Shown: positions 19,534-28,774, counted from the first letter of the stretch. The stretch is DNA of 64,000 nt from Candidatus Sumerlaeaceae bacterium (GCA_051003195.1 JBPCLP010000044.1:35502-99501), one strand, 5' to 3'. Made by a program: numbers and translations. The notes: generated from the sequence alone by a model not told the origin.

Positions 19534-19695
19534 CACGATGTAAACCTGCTCCGAGCTATGCGGTCTGGGCGCGTGGCGAACGCGCACACCGTGTCAGCCG
19601 CATGCTGTATCAGAGATAAGTCCGGCTGCAAAAGATGTTCATCAATCAAGTGCTAATTTTAAATCAGACCGACCGATGGAAGCTGCGGGTTCTGA

Positions 19696-20364
19696 TCAGG
19701 TGAACCCCTTTGACAGTTGTTCCAGTGTCTCGTATATAACCGTGGAAAGCCGCCGGGCTGCGTCGAGCGGATCGTCGGAATTCATGATTGCACGCATGAC
19801 GGCGATGCCGCTTGCCCCTGCACGGATGCACCCGGCTGCGTTTGTCTCGTCGATGCCGCCGAGTGCGACAATGGTCAGTTGAGGCGATGCGCGCCGGGCT
19901 TCGCGCAGTGCTTCCAGCCCAAGCGGCGGCAGTAGACCGGCCTTGCTCGGGGTTTCGAAAATGGGGCTCAGAGTGCAGAAATCGACTCCATGCTCGACTG
20001 CGTGGGATGCTTCTTCGAGGTTATGCGCTGAGTACCCAGCCAGCCGCGCGACCTCGTGCGCATGCAGCGGCAAGGTGCGTTCGCTAAAATGCACGCCGTC
20101 GGGTTCGTGCAGCAATTCGAACCGGCCGAGCAGATCCGCATTCAAAAGCAGGGGCGCAGCGTGCTCGCGGCAAATTGCCGACAAACGGGCAAATGCCTTT
20201 ACGCAAAAGGAAGGCGCTGCACATTTCTCCCGGAACTGAACCGCAGTCACTCCGCCCTGAAGTGCCTGCGAGACAATGCGTTCCAATTCCCCAGGACTTC
20301 GGCCGCGATCGTCGGTGACGAGGTATAACCGCAGTTGCCCGGCTGATAATGCGTGTGAGTTCAT
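19696..20364 (-). CDS. thiE: Thiamine phosphate synthase family protein (ThiE/TenI-like)
   Basis: LYLVTD, VQFREK, GYSAH, PIFETPSK, ALGGI. The usual Mg-binding Asp residues look altered. Confidence 0.7.
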   Translation of the reverse strand: MNSHALSAGQLRLYLVTDDRGRSPGELERIVSQALQGGVTAVQFREKCAAPSFCVKAFARLSAICREHAAPLLLNADLLGRFELLHEPDGVHFSERTLPLHAHEVARLAGYSAHNLEEASHAVEHGVDFCTLSPIFETPSKAGLLPPLGLEALREARRASPQLTIVALGGIDETNAAGCIRAGASGIAVMRAIMNSDDPLDAARRLSTVIYETLEQLSKGFT

Positions 20365-20451
20365 CTGATCAAATTCAGGCCTGCGGAATCCTGCACCCGC
20401 AATATTTTGGTTGCGCGGTATCACAGGCAACTTTCGTATAGTTCAGACCTC

Positions 20452-23331
20452 ATGCGTCTTCGCACTTATAGAACGGCTGGCCTGACCTCACCCGGAAGAT
20501 TGCGTAATGCGGTACGGGCAGTAGCGGCGGCGGTGATCGGGGGATGTGTGCTTTGCGGGTGCCTTCCGCAGGATAGAATACGCGCGCTTCGCTTTTCGCC
20601 AGATTCCCGGCTGATTGCATACCTGTCTGACAAGAAAGGGCTTTGCATAGCGGACTGGGCGGCGGGGACCTCACGTGTGATCCTACGAAACTCTGTCGAA
20701 GGCAATGTTCTTGAGTGGTCGCCCGACGGTTCGAAGATTGCGGTGGTCAATGCCTCGGCGGGCAACTGGGACATTGCTCTCGTGGGCCGTGACGGTAATA
20801 CGACGCAGGTAACTTCCGCAATGGGAAGGAATTCATCGCCACTGTTTACGCGGGATGGCTCTCTTTTCTCCCTGGGAACTGAACCCGGCAAGAACGTGCT
20901 TTACCGGCACGGACCATGGGCTAACGATGTTACGTCCCCTGCTTTGATCCAGACGCATGATGTTCTATTTGCATCCGCAGGGCGCGACAAAATTGCATTC
21001 TACAGCTGCCAGAATTTTCGCCCGCAGCTCGGGCTTTTTGATCCGCGGGTGCAACGAGTGGACATTGTAACCTCCGAGAGCGACGCGTTGGCGATCGATC
21101 TTTCGCAGCCAAAATGGAATTCCGAAGGTGATAAGCTGCTCTACCTGCACGACGGCGGGCAACCATCGCACACAAGCAAATCCGCTGGAGATGTGAAGGC
21201 GCATGTAACGAACGCCAGCACGGAAAAAAGCCGTAGCCCAACGGAGCTGCACATTGTGAGCGTGACGTCGGAAGGGAGGGTCTCCGACAAAAAAGCCACG
21301 CAGGATTCAGAAGGAATCCAGCAGGCATGTTTTACGACGGACCCAGATAAGGTTGCCTACCTGAGCAATGGAGTTATCAAGGTCCGCAACGTGAGGGGCC
21401 GAGGTAGCGCGCTCGTGCCGGTGCAAGACCTGAGTGCTTCTCTCATGGAATCCGCGGCGAAGACAAACAGCCTGGCGCTTGTGCTGGAAGATCAATTGCT
21501 TGGTGTCGTTTCACCCGTTTCAGGAAAACCTCACATCCTGACATTCGATCTGCAGGACAAGTTCCTGCTGGCGGAGGAGTATTTTCGCAAAGGTTCCACG
21601 TCCAAAAGTTATGCGTTGTATGAGGAACTGGCATCGAGCGTCGAACGTACACAGGACCCGGACCTTGCAAAATTTGTGTACGCGGCAAACCTTCAGCGAT
21701 TGGGCCGCACGCGCGAGGCGGTAAAGACGATCGAGAAGATATTATCCTCGAGAAAAGCAGCGCCCACGGTTCCGCGCCAGTATTTATGGAAGGCACTTGG
21801 TTACAGTTATCTCTTGAGCCTGGACGACCACGACAAGGCGCGCATGTATTTTGAGCGTTACGAGAAACAGTTGCACCGCGGGGATCAAACAACAACGTCG
21901 CGCGATGCGTCGCAATTGAACGACACGGCGCTGAATGCACTGGCGATATTAAGACGCAACGAACCTCGGCTCACACGCCGATTTGCGTCGGCGGTGCGCT
22001 CGCGTTTAGCCGGGAATGTGCGCGAGACCGACCGTGCATTCGGAGAGCTGCTGCGAATGGCTCCCGAACTTTCGTCGGTGCAACGCGAGTATCTTCATGC
22101 GCTTGAGGGATATGATCGCGACGTGTACTATTTCAGTCCCACGGAACGGCCGTTCAGTCCGTCGCCCCGGCAAACTGCGGCCTACCTGGAACGGTTCCTG
22201 GAAATTGCCCCACAGAGTTCACTGGCAGATGCGACGCGACTGAAGTTGTTCCTGTTACACGTGGAAAGCGGCCAATACTCCAATGCCAGGGAACTGCTGG
22301 TCCGCGAGCTAAATGGCGAATCAGCTGGAGCGGATAGTATCGAAGGTGTGTTCGAAGTTTTTGGGAACTACCTTGAAACGGCAGAGATGCAGCCGTGGCT
22401 GGAGGCAGCGATGGGAGAGGTGTTCCTACACAGCTCCATACGGCCGAAATTGCAGGAAAGCGTTGAACAGACGAGCATACGTTTCCTGATTCATCTTTCT
22501 GCTGCAAAGCTGGCACTTGTTCAGCAGCGAAATGATGACGCGCGGCAGGAACTCGATGGCGCGCTTGCGCTGTGGCAGCAGCTGGAGGAGCCACAGAGAA
22601 ACCAGACCATGAACCGTTTTTTCGCGCGGCTAATCTGCATGCGTGCCAAAGAAGCGGAAACGCGTAACCTTTTCGCGGAGGCGGTGGCTTACTATGAGCA
22701 GGCGCTCACTCACCTGGAGAGGAGCCAAACTGACGAGTTTGAGTTCTACGCGGAAATCAGCTACCGCGCTGACTTCCTGCGGCACGCCCTGACGGAGGGA
22801 GCATCCCTGGCGGCGGAACAGGTACAGATTGAAAAGATCTCGGGAGACGAAGTGGTCAATCCAAGCTGGGATGTTGACAGGTTGCGACGTGGATTTGAGC
22901 GGCAAATACAACGGTACGATTCAACCACGTCGGCGACGGGAGGCAAGCAGCGGCTGGTCTATGCATATGAGTGCGCTATTCTCCTGAGGAAGATGGGCCG
23001 TACGTGGCAGGCCCGAGCGGGGCTCCGTGAAGCAAGCGAAGACTTCGCCCCGGAGTTTCTGCGTCAGAAGTCGCTTCTAGAACTGTCGAGCCTCGACGAG
23101 GCGAGCAACGATCCGTGGAACGCTGCGCGATGGCTTGAGGAAGTTTCGGCGCTTGCGGCTGGTGGCGGTTACATGCATCCCTGGATCTCCTACAACATCG
23201 CCCGGCTGCACCTTGGGATGAACTACCAACGCGAGGCAGCTCGTGAGGCACTGGCTGAGATTGTCAGCTCGCGTCCGGGAACGCCCTTAAGTATCCAGGC
23301 GCAGGAGCTACTCGCGAATTCGACCGACTAA
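20452..23331 (+). CDS. Lipoprotein with TolB/PD40-like beta-propeller and TPR repeats
   Basis: Lipobox LCG|C; FSPDSRLIAY, WSPDGSKIA and WNSEGDKLLY repeats; helical TPR-like C-terminal half. Confidence 0.75.
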   Translation: MRLRTYRTAGLTSPGRLRNAVRAVAAAVIGGCVLCGCLPQDRIRALRFSPDSRLIAYLSDKKGLCIADWAAGTSRVILRNSVEGNVLEWSPDGSKIAVVNASAGNWDIALVGRDGNTTQVTSAMGRNSSPLFTRDGSLFSLGTEPGKNVLYRHGPWANDVTSPALIQTHDVLFASAGRDKIAFYSCQNFRPQLGLFDPRVQRVDIVTSESDALAIDLSQPKWNSEGDKLLYLHDGGQPSHTSKSAGDVKAHVTNASTEKSRSPTELHIVSVTSEGRVSDKKATQDSEGIQQACFTTDPDKVAYLSNGVIKVRNVRGRGSALVPVQDLSASLMESAAKTNSLALVLEDQLLGVVSPVSGKPHILTFDLQDKFLLAEEYFRKGSTSKSYALYEELASSVERTQDPDLAKFVYAANLQRLGRTREAVKTIEKILSSRKAAPTVPRQYLWKALGYSYLLSLDDHDKARMYFERYEKQLHRGDQTTTSRDASQLNDTALNALAILRRNEPRLTRRFASAVRSRLAGNVRETDRAFGELLRMAPELSSVQREYLHALEGYDRDVYYFSPTERPFSPSPRQTAAYLERFLEIAPQSSLADATRLKLFLLHVESGQYSNARELLVRELNGESAGADSIEGVFEVFGNYLETAEMQPWLEAAMGEVFLHSSIRPKLQESVEQTSIRFLIHLSAAKLALVQQRNDDARQELDGALALWQQLEEPQRNQTMNRFFARLICMRAKEAETRNLFAEAVAYYEQALTHLERSQTDEFEFYAEISYRADFLRHALTEGASLAAEQVQIEKISGDEVVNPSWDVDRLRRGFERQIQRYDSTTSATGGKQRLVYAYECAILLRKMGRTWQARAGLREASEDFAPEFLRQKSLLELSSLDEASNDPWNAARWLEEVSALAAGGGYMHPWISYNIARLHLGMNYQREAAREALAEIVSSRPGTPLSIQAQELLANSTD

Positions 23332-23352
23332 ACTGGAAGTGGAACCAGTGGG

Positions 23353-24036
23353 CTAAAGTTGCGGCTGGCCGGCCAGCGCCGCGCGGCCCGTGTCCACCAG
23401 CTTGCGCAAATTGCCGGTTGTGACATTGCGGAGGCTGCTTACGCCCCCTGCAATGGCGGTGTCGGTGGCGGTGTTTCTGCGGGCCTGCATCATGGCTTCA
23501 TCTGAGTACTTGTGCCGCAGTTCCGCTCCAATGGTTGCGACCGGGTGGTCCTGCACTTCAACCATATGCAACTCGTTGGTGGCATAGCTGCGCAGCCGAT
23601 CGTAGTCCGATAGGTGTGCATTTGCGCGTTCCAGCATCGCGTAGTTTTGCAGCAACTCGCGGTGCACACGTTGCATGCGCTGGCGCTGCAAGCGGCTATC
23701 GTTAATGACAAAGCGCAGCTGCACATGTGCCACGGCGAGGCCGCCGAGCAATGCGAAGCAGAGCATGCCGCGCGCGATGCGCTGACCAGTAAGTGAAATT
23801 GGACGTTCCAATGGCGCGATAGGGGTCCGCGGCTCGTTATCGAGGGCCATATCCTGCAGCCGAATTCCGCCGCCGATGCCTGCGATGGATCGCGAGCTGG
23901 CGTGCGCCCCGCGCGCGGTAAACGCACTTTGGGAACCGACATCATGCGGAGAGTACGCAAAAGCTCGATCGTGCGGGTCTTGAGCCTCAACCCGGCTCAT
24001 CAAACCGGAGTGGTCTGTAGGCCTGCGCTTACTCAT
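23353..24036 (-). CDS. FtsL-like bitopic coiled-coil protein
   Basis: Cytoplasmic N-terminus, one TM, coiled coil ending LSDYDRLRSYATNELHM, which matches the FtsL-type 'RIe.iA...LgM' pattern. Start ATG 24036 or GTG 24084. Confidence 0.55.
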   Translation of the reverse strand: MSKRRPTDHSGLMSRVEAQDPHDRAFAYSPHDVGSQSAFTARGAHASSRSIAGIGGGIRLQDMALDNEPRTPIAPLERPISLTGQRIARGMLCFALLGGLAVAHVQLRFVINDSRLQRQRMQRVHRELLQNYAMLERANAHLSDYDRLRSYATNELHMVEVQDHPVATIGAELRHKYSDEAMMQARRNTATDTAIAGGVSSLRNVTTGNLRKLVDTGRAALAGQPQL

Positions 24037-24147
24037 AGAGTTGAGCTTCTGCGGCGCTGATGGCGGTGTCAAGCGCGACTCCACTTATTTAATGCAATTT
24101 GACCCACTCGTTAGACGGTTTGAGGTGGGGTAAATCAGGCTTGCAGG

Positions 24148-24162
24148 CGGCATGCACATTGC
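24148..24162 (+). promoter_or_regulatory. Candidate sigma54 -24/-12 promoter
   Basis: CGGCATGCACATTGC has GG-N10-GC spacing with GGCA and TTGC, ending 17 nt before the pilin-like ATG. Confidence 0.35.
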
Positions 24163-24178
24163 GGGCTGGTATTAGGCT

Positions 24179-24811
24179 ATGCGTCGGGCGTTTACCCTTA
24201 TAGAGCTGCTCATTGTTGTGGCGATTATCGCGATTCTCGCGGCAATTGCGGTGCCGAATCTCCTGGAAGCACAGGTTCGCAGTAAAGTATCCCGGGTGAA
24301 AGCGGATATGCGTTCGCTGGCCACGGCAGTGGAATCGTACCGCACGGACAACAATGGATATCCGGAGTACGGGGTGATCCAGTTTCCCGCAACATCGATA
24401 GAAGATCCAGCCGTGACTACAGGAAACGATTATTTTGAATTCCTGTCCCGTATTCCGGGGTTCTGTGTGACGACCCCAATTGCGTACCTGAGTTCGATTC
24501 CTTCTGATTTGTTTGCAGAGAACCGCTTTGCCGGGCCAAAGCCGCAAACGTGGGACTTTAATTATAAGGGGAGCCGGCAGAACATCCGTCTGTTTTTCAA
24601 TCCGGTGGACAAAGCGCCGGAGCCGTGGATTGGGCCTGCGGGAGCAACGCTGCTCAAAGACTGGGGCGAATGGCGCATTTGCAGCGGCGGACCAGACGGC
24701 ACCCGAATTGTTGATGTGAAGGTGAACCGCATCTACGACCCGACGAACGGCACGGTCAGCAAAGGTGACATTGTCCGTAGTCAGCGAAATCCTGAAAGCC
24801 GGCCGAAGTAG
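24179..24811 (+). CDS. Prepilin-type N-terminal cleavage/methylation protein (GspG/pilin-like)
   Basis: MRRA|FTLIELLIVVAIIAILAAIAVP class III signal with Glu5; C-terminal SGGPD...YDPTNG...GD. Confidence 0.9.
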   Translation: MRRAFTLIELLIVVAIIAILAAIAVPNLLEAQVRSKVSRVKADMRSLATAVESYRTDNNGYPEYGVIQFPATSIEDPAVTTGNDYFEFLSRIPGFCVTTPIAYLSSIPSDLFAENRFAGPKPQTWDFNYKGSRQNIRLFFNPVDKAPEPWIGPAGATLLKDWGEWRICSGGPDGTRIVDVKVNRIYDPTNGTVSKGDIVRSQRNPESRPK

Positions 24812-24849
24812 CTGCTGTCGGGCTGGTGTGGTGTCCCTGAGATTCGTAC

Positions 24850-25093
24850 CATGTTTTCGGTTTGCGGCGCCCCTTCAGGGCGCGAAAAATGGCGTGCTGT
24901 AACCCAGGGCTGCGTCGGCCACAAAAAGCCGTGGCCTCCTTTCCCTGGGCTGGGTCCCGCTGCACCTTCAGTGCAAAAAACCTGAACTGATCGTGCCGCA
25001 TATTTTCAGTTTCCGGCGCCCCTTCAGGGCGCGAAAAATGGCGTGCTGTAACCCAGGGCTGCGTCCCGCTGCACCTTCGGTGCAAAAAACCTG
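24850..25093. repeat. Two tandem copies of a multi-hairpin REP-like element
   Basis: Copy 1 at 24850-24984 and copy 2 at 24999-25093 (40 bp shorter). Hairpins CGCCCCTTCAGGGCG, CCCAGGG..CCCTGGG (copy 1 only) and TGCACCTTC(A/G)GTGCA. Lies between convergent genes. Confidence 0.85.
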
Positions 25094-25156
25094 GGGCAGC
25101 GGATTCCAAAAAAGCCGGAATCCGGGAATTATGCTGCGAACTACTGCTACGGCACA

Positions 25157-25804
25157 CTAGGCTTGGAGCGAGCAAACCCAGGCGGGTGGAAAGTTAAAAA
25201 GCATTAAGCGGCGCTGCCTGGGCCGACGGCTGGTGACGTCGTCGATTACCTGTTCGACCATGCGCAAGCGGGTGCGCTCTGCGTCATCCACGAAGGGTGC
25301 CTTGAGGGTGCGAATGCCAACGTACTCGAAGAAATTCACGGTGCCGCCCGGCTTGAGCATCTTCTCGAACGAGACAAAAATCTGGCGCACGAGCGCGGGG
25401 TCGAAATTGTTAAACGGCAGGCCGCTCACGATATGGTGGAAACGCTGGGGTGAAACCAGCTCTTCGACGGGACCATGATGGATGGTAACCTGGCTGCGCC
25501 AGGGTTTGAGCCTGGGGTCGTGGCGGAAGCGCCGCTCGAGATGGCGGGCAAACTCGCGATTGATCTCACACAGGGTAAGGTGATCCCCGTGGCGCAAGTG
25601 CGGCACAATTTCAAGCGTCAACGCACCGGTTCCGGGACCGGCCTCAAGCACTTCAATAGGGCTGCCATCGGCGGGGCGCTCGGCCAGGGGCTCTGCCAAT
25701 GCACGGGCAAGCCACTGCGAACTGGGCGCAACGGCACCTGTATGGTGAAAGTTGCGCATCGTGTGGCGAAAAAAAGTCAGCAAATGTGGCAGCGATTTCG
25801 GCAA
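25157..25804 (-). CDS. Class I SAM methyltransferase, phospholipid N-methyltransferase (PmtA/OlsG-like) family
   Basis: TGAVAPSS, VLEAGPGTG, IVSGLPF, LKPGG, NFPPAWV; start uncertain. Confidence 0.8.
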   Translation of the reverse strand: MPKSLPHLLTFFRHTMRNFHHTGAVAPSSQWLARALAEPLAERPADGSPIEVLEAGPGTGALTLEIVPHLRHGDHLTLCEINREFARHLERRFRHDPRLKPWRSQVTIHHGPVEELVSPQRFHHIVSGLPFNNFDPALVRQIFVSFEKMLKPGGTVNFFEYVGIRTLKAPFVDDAERTRLRMVEQVIDDVTSRRPRQRRLMLFNFPPAWVCSLQA

Positions 25805-26021
25805 TTCTCCCCCTGCCCGGCGAAGGTCTAAAGGGTGCTTTACCCTAAGAAACAAAACCTGTTCTCTGCAGAGGGATAATCGCAGTCAACCAGCACGTGA
25901 GGCTGCTAAGTGCTGAGCCCTGGGCTTTCCGGCTGATTCTGCCTGTAAAGCAAGCATGGCCCGTACTCCAACCGCGGGTGAATCCTTTCGTATGCCACCA
26001 GTATCACACGCGGCTAACTCG

Positions 26022-27632
26022 ATGATCCCATTAGAAGAAATATTGCGCCGCCGGACCTTTGCGATCATCTCGCACCCAGACGCAGGCAAAACGACGCTGA
26101 CTGAAAAGCTGCTGCTTTATGGCGGCGCGCTGCAACTGGCCGGCTCTGTAACCGAGCGCAAAAACCAGCGTGCGGCAACCAGTGACTGGATGGAGCTTGA
26201 ACGCAAGCGCGGCATTTCGATAAGCTCGACCGTCCTGCAGTTTGACTACGACGGCTATCGCATTAACCTGCTGGACACGCCGGGCCATAAGGATTTCAGC
26301 GAAGATACTTATCGCGTTCTGACCGCAGTGGATGCCGTGGTGATGGTTATTGATGCGGCGAAGGGCATCGAAGCGCAAACGCGCAAGTTATTCGAGATTT
26401 GCCGGCGCCGCGGTGTACCGATTTTCACGTTCATGAACAAGCTCGATCGCCCGGGCAAAGAGCCGATGGAGCTGCTGGATGAACTGGAGAGCGTGCTTGG
26501 CATTCATGCGTACGCGATGAACTGGCCGCTGGGCATGGGTCCTGATTTCAAGGGCGTGTTCGATCGCATGAATGGCCAGGTGCATTTTTTCGAGCGTACG
26601 AGTGGCGGCGCTTATCGCGCTCCGGTGAAAATCGTAGACCTCCATGATGCCACGGTGCGTGAGCAGATGGGCGAGACAGCTGCTAAACTTGTGATCGATG
26701 AGCTGGAAATGCTCGAGGGCGCAGGAGCGTCTTTTTGCCCGGATGAGGTGCTGGCGGGGCGTGTCACTCCGGTATTCTTTGGCAGCGCGAGTAATAACTT
26801 CGGTGTGCAGATGTTGCTGGATAGTTTCCTGCAATACTCCACACCGCCACGTGCGCGCATGTCGACCAGTGGTGAAGTCATTGACCCGCGGGATCCCGCA
26901 TTCTCGGGTTTTGTGTTCAAGATCCAGGCCAATATGGATCCGAACCACCGCGACCGGATCGCGTTCATCCGGATCTGCTCGGGTAAATTCGAGCGCGACA
27001 TGGTGGTCGTGAATCCGCGTACGGGCGCACGAGTTCGCCTGTCGAGCTCACATAAACTGTTCGGCCAGAAGCGCGAGACGGTCGACGAGGGTTACGCGGG
27101 CGACGTGATTGGGGTGGTTGGTCATTCGAATTTACACATCGGCGATACACTGACCGACAATTCAGCGGTGGTGTACGACGAGATACCGCGTTTCGCGCCG
27201 GAGTGCTTTGCGATGCTGGTGAGCAGCACAACAGCTCAGTTTAAGCGTTTTCGAGAGGGGCTCGACCAACTGCTGCAGGAGGGTGTAGTACAAGGGCTGT
27301 ACATGCGTAACACTACCCAACGCGTGCCGCTGCTGGCGGCGGTTGGGCCACTGCAATTCGAGGTGGTGCAGTACAGACTGCAGTCGGAATATGGCGCGGA
27401 TACCCGGCTGGACACGGCTCCTTACCAGCTTATGCGTTGGATCTCACCTGATGTTGCGCCGGAGGTACTTGCGGACGTTGTAGTCCCAAGTGGCGCGGCG
27501 CTGGCGGACGACTCCGCCGGGCAGCCGGTCATTCTGTTCAGCGGTGAATGGGCGGTTCCCTATTTTACACAGCGCAATCCGGACATTCGGTTGTCGGAGC
27601 TGCCGTTCCGCGAAACGGCATCCGCAAAGTAA
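26022..27632 (+). CDS. prfC: Peptide chain release factor 3
   Basis: RRRTFAIISHPDAGKTT, SDWMELERKRGIS, DTPGHKDF, NKLD, FKIQANMDPNHRDR. Start could instead be ATG 25992. Confidence 0.97.
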   Translation: MIPLEEILRRRTFAIISHPDAGKTTLTEKLLLYGGALQLAGSVTERKNQRAATSDWMELERKRGISISSTVLQFDYDGYRINLLDTPGHKDFSEDTYRVLTAVDAVVMVIDAAKGIEAQTRKLFEICRRRGVPIFTFMNKLDRPGKEPMELLDELESVLGIHAYAMNWPLGMGPDFKGVFDRMNGQVHFFERTSGGAYRAPVKIVDLHDATVREQMGETAAKLVIDELEMLEGAGASFCPDEVLAGRVTPVFFGSASNNFGVQMLLDSFLQYSTPPRARMSTSGEVIDPRDPAFSGFVFKIQANMDPNHRDRIAFIRICSGKFERDMVVVNPRTGARVRLSSSHKLFGQKRETVDEGYAGDVIGVVGHSNLHIGDTLTDNSAVVYDEIPRFAPECFAMLVSSTTAQFKRFREGLDQLLQEGVVQGLYMRNTTQRVPLLAAVGPLQFEVVQYRLQSEYGADTRLDTAPYQLMRWISPDVAPEVLADVVVPSGAALADDSAGQPVILFSGEWAVPYFTQRNPDIRLSELPFRETASAK

Positions 27633-27649
27633 GGCGCAGGATTCCCGAG

Positions 27650-28048
27650 TTACTGGACAGGTACTGTGGTGGTGGTCGTCACGGTCTCAGTTTGTGTGAA
27701 AGCCTGTGCAGGTGTGGCGATCACAGTGGCAGAGGGGGGCGGCGAGGGCGTGTGCTGGGGCAGGATGCGGTTTGTGGCGGAGGTGGCGTTTTCTCGGAAC
27801 TCACGCGCGTTTGCGGTAAGTGAGCTTGCGGCGTCCTTGACTTCGGTCGCCACGTCGGCGGTCTTGTCGATCACCCGTGCAGTCGCGTCCTTAACTTCCT
27901 CGCGGCTCATGGGCTGTACGCGAATATTAACCGCGTTTTTTCCACTGCCTTCGGCCTCGGGAATTTTCTCTGTGCTCGTCTCCACTTTGCAGGAGCATAG
28001 AGTCAGTGAGGCGGCAGCCGCCGTGAGGAGGGGAATGTAACGTGACAT
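27650..28048 (-). CDS. Hypothetical lipoprotein
   Basis: Signal peptide with lipobox LCS|C; Thr/Pro-rich tail. Confidence 0.7.
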   Translation of the reverse strand: MSRYIPLLTAAAASLTLCSCKVETSTEKIPEAEGSGKNAVNIRVQPMSREEVKDATARVIDKTADVATEVKDAASSLTANAREFRENATSATNRILPQHTPSPPPSATVIATPAQAFTQTETVTTTTTVPVQ

Positions 28049-28213
28049 GATCGTGTTTACGAGAGCCAGTTTAATGCCCGACTTGCAGGAGCAGGGATGC
28101 TTCGACTGCGGTTGTTACTGTTTGCTTCGGCCCCGCTGGCGGGGTTTGCTGCTATACTGCTAAGGTGTTACCAGGAGAAACATAATGGCACCCGGGGCGT
28201 GTGACCCTTCGGG

Positions 28214-28303
28214 TTACTTCTTCTTCGAGGCGGTTTTCTTTGCGCCGGAAGACTTCTTTGCGGGAGCGGCTTTCTTTGCTGCGCCCTTCTTGGCTGTTGC
28301 CAT
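28214..28303 (-). CDS. 29-aa Lys/Ala-rich histone H1-like peptide (MATAKKGAAKKAAPAKKSSGAKKTASKKK)
   Basis: Minus strand reads GAAAGGGGTGATTTAAA-ATG (strong SD); repeated xAKK units; TAA at 28214-28216. Confidence 0.75.
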   Translation of the reverse strand: MATAKKGAAKKAAPAKKSSGAKKTASKKK

Positions 28304-28495
28304 TTTAAATCACCCCTTTCTATAGGCTGATGTGTGTTACGCGCACGTGAAGTGATCGCGCGCGCGCGCACAGTCAAGTGTTAGTTCATAAAAAATTCTT
28401 GTTGTCTGAGCGCATGAGGAACACAGCTGTTGGGTATGCTGGTGCAGCCCGCACGCCATTGTCGTTGGCCGCTGCAACCCGAGTCATGGAGCGGT

Positions 28496-28774
28496 ATGAG
28501 CACAGCAAAGAGAGAAGTCGAGATCCTGAATGAGGCGGGCATGCACCTGCGTCCGGCAGCCGCCTTTGTGCAAACGGCAAATAAGCACAAGGAGTGCGAA
28601 GTGCAGGTGAGCCATAGCGGACAGCGGGTAAATGGCAAGAGCATCATGGGGCTTGTCATGCTGGCGGCGGGCAAGGGAACTGTACTTGCGATCGAGTGCA
28701 GCGGCAACGACGCGGAAGCGGCACTCGAGGAACTTTGCAACCTCGTGAATTCCAAGTTTGGCGCAGAAGAGTAA
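28496..28774 (+). CDS. ptsH: Phosphocarrier protein HPr
   Basis: GMHLRPA (His15 site) and VNGKSIMG (Ser46 site); GGAG upstream. Confidence 0.93.
   Translation: MSTAKREVEILNEAGMHLRPAAAFVQTANKHKECEVQVSHSGQRVNGKSIMGLVMLAAGKGTVLAIECSGNDAEAALEELCNLVNSKFGAEE

Noticed and set aside
20365..20451. TPP riboswitch upstream of the thiE-like gene
   Set aside because: The region is short and lacks the CTGAGA and ACCTGA core motifs on the minus strand.
28120..28152. c-di-GMP-I riboswitch (minus strand GCAAACCCCGCCAGCGGGG...GCAAA)
   Set aside because: It lacks the GNRA tetraloop and the second stem motif; better explained as a simple hairpin.
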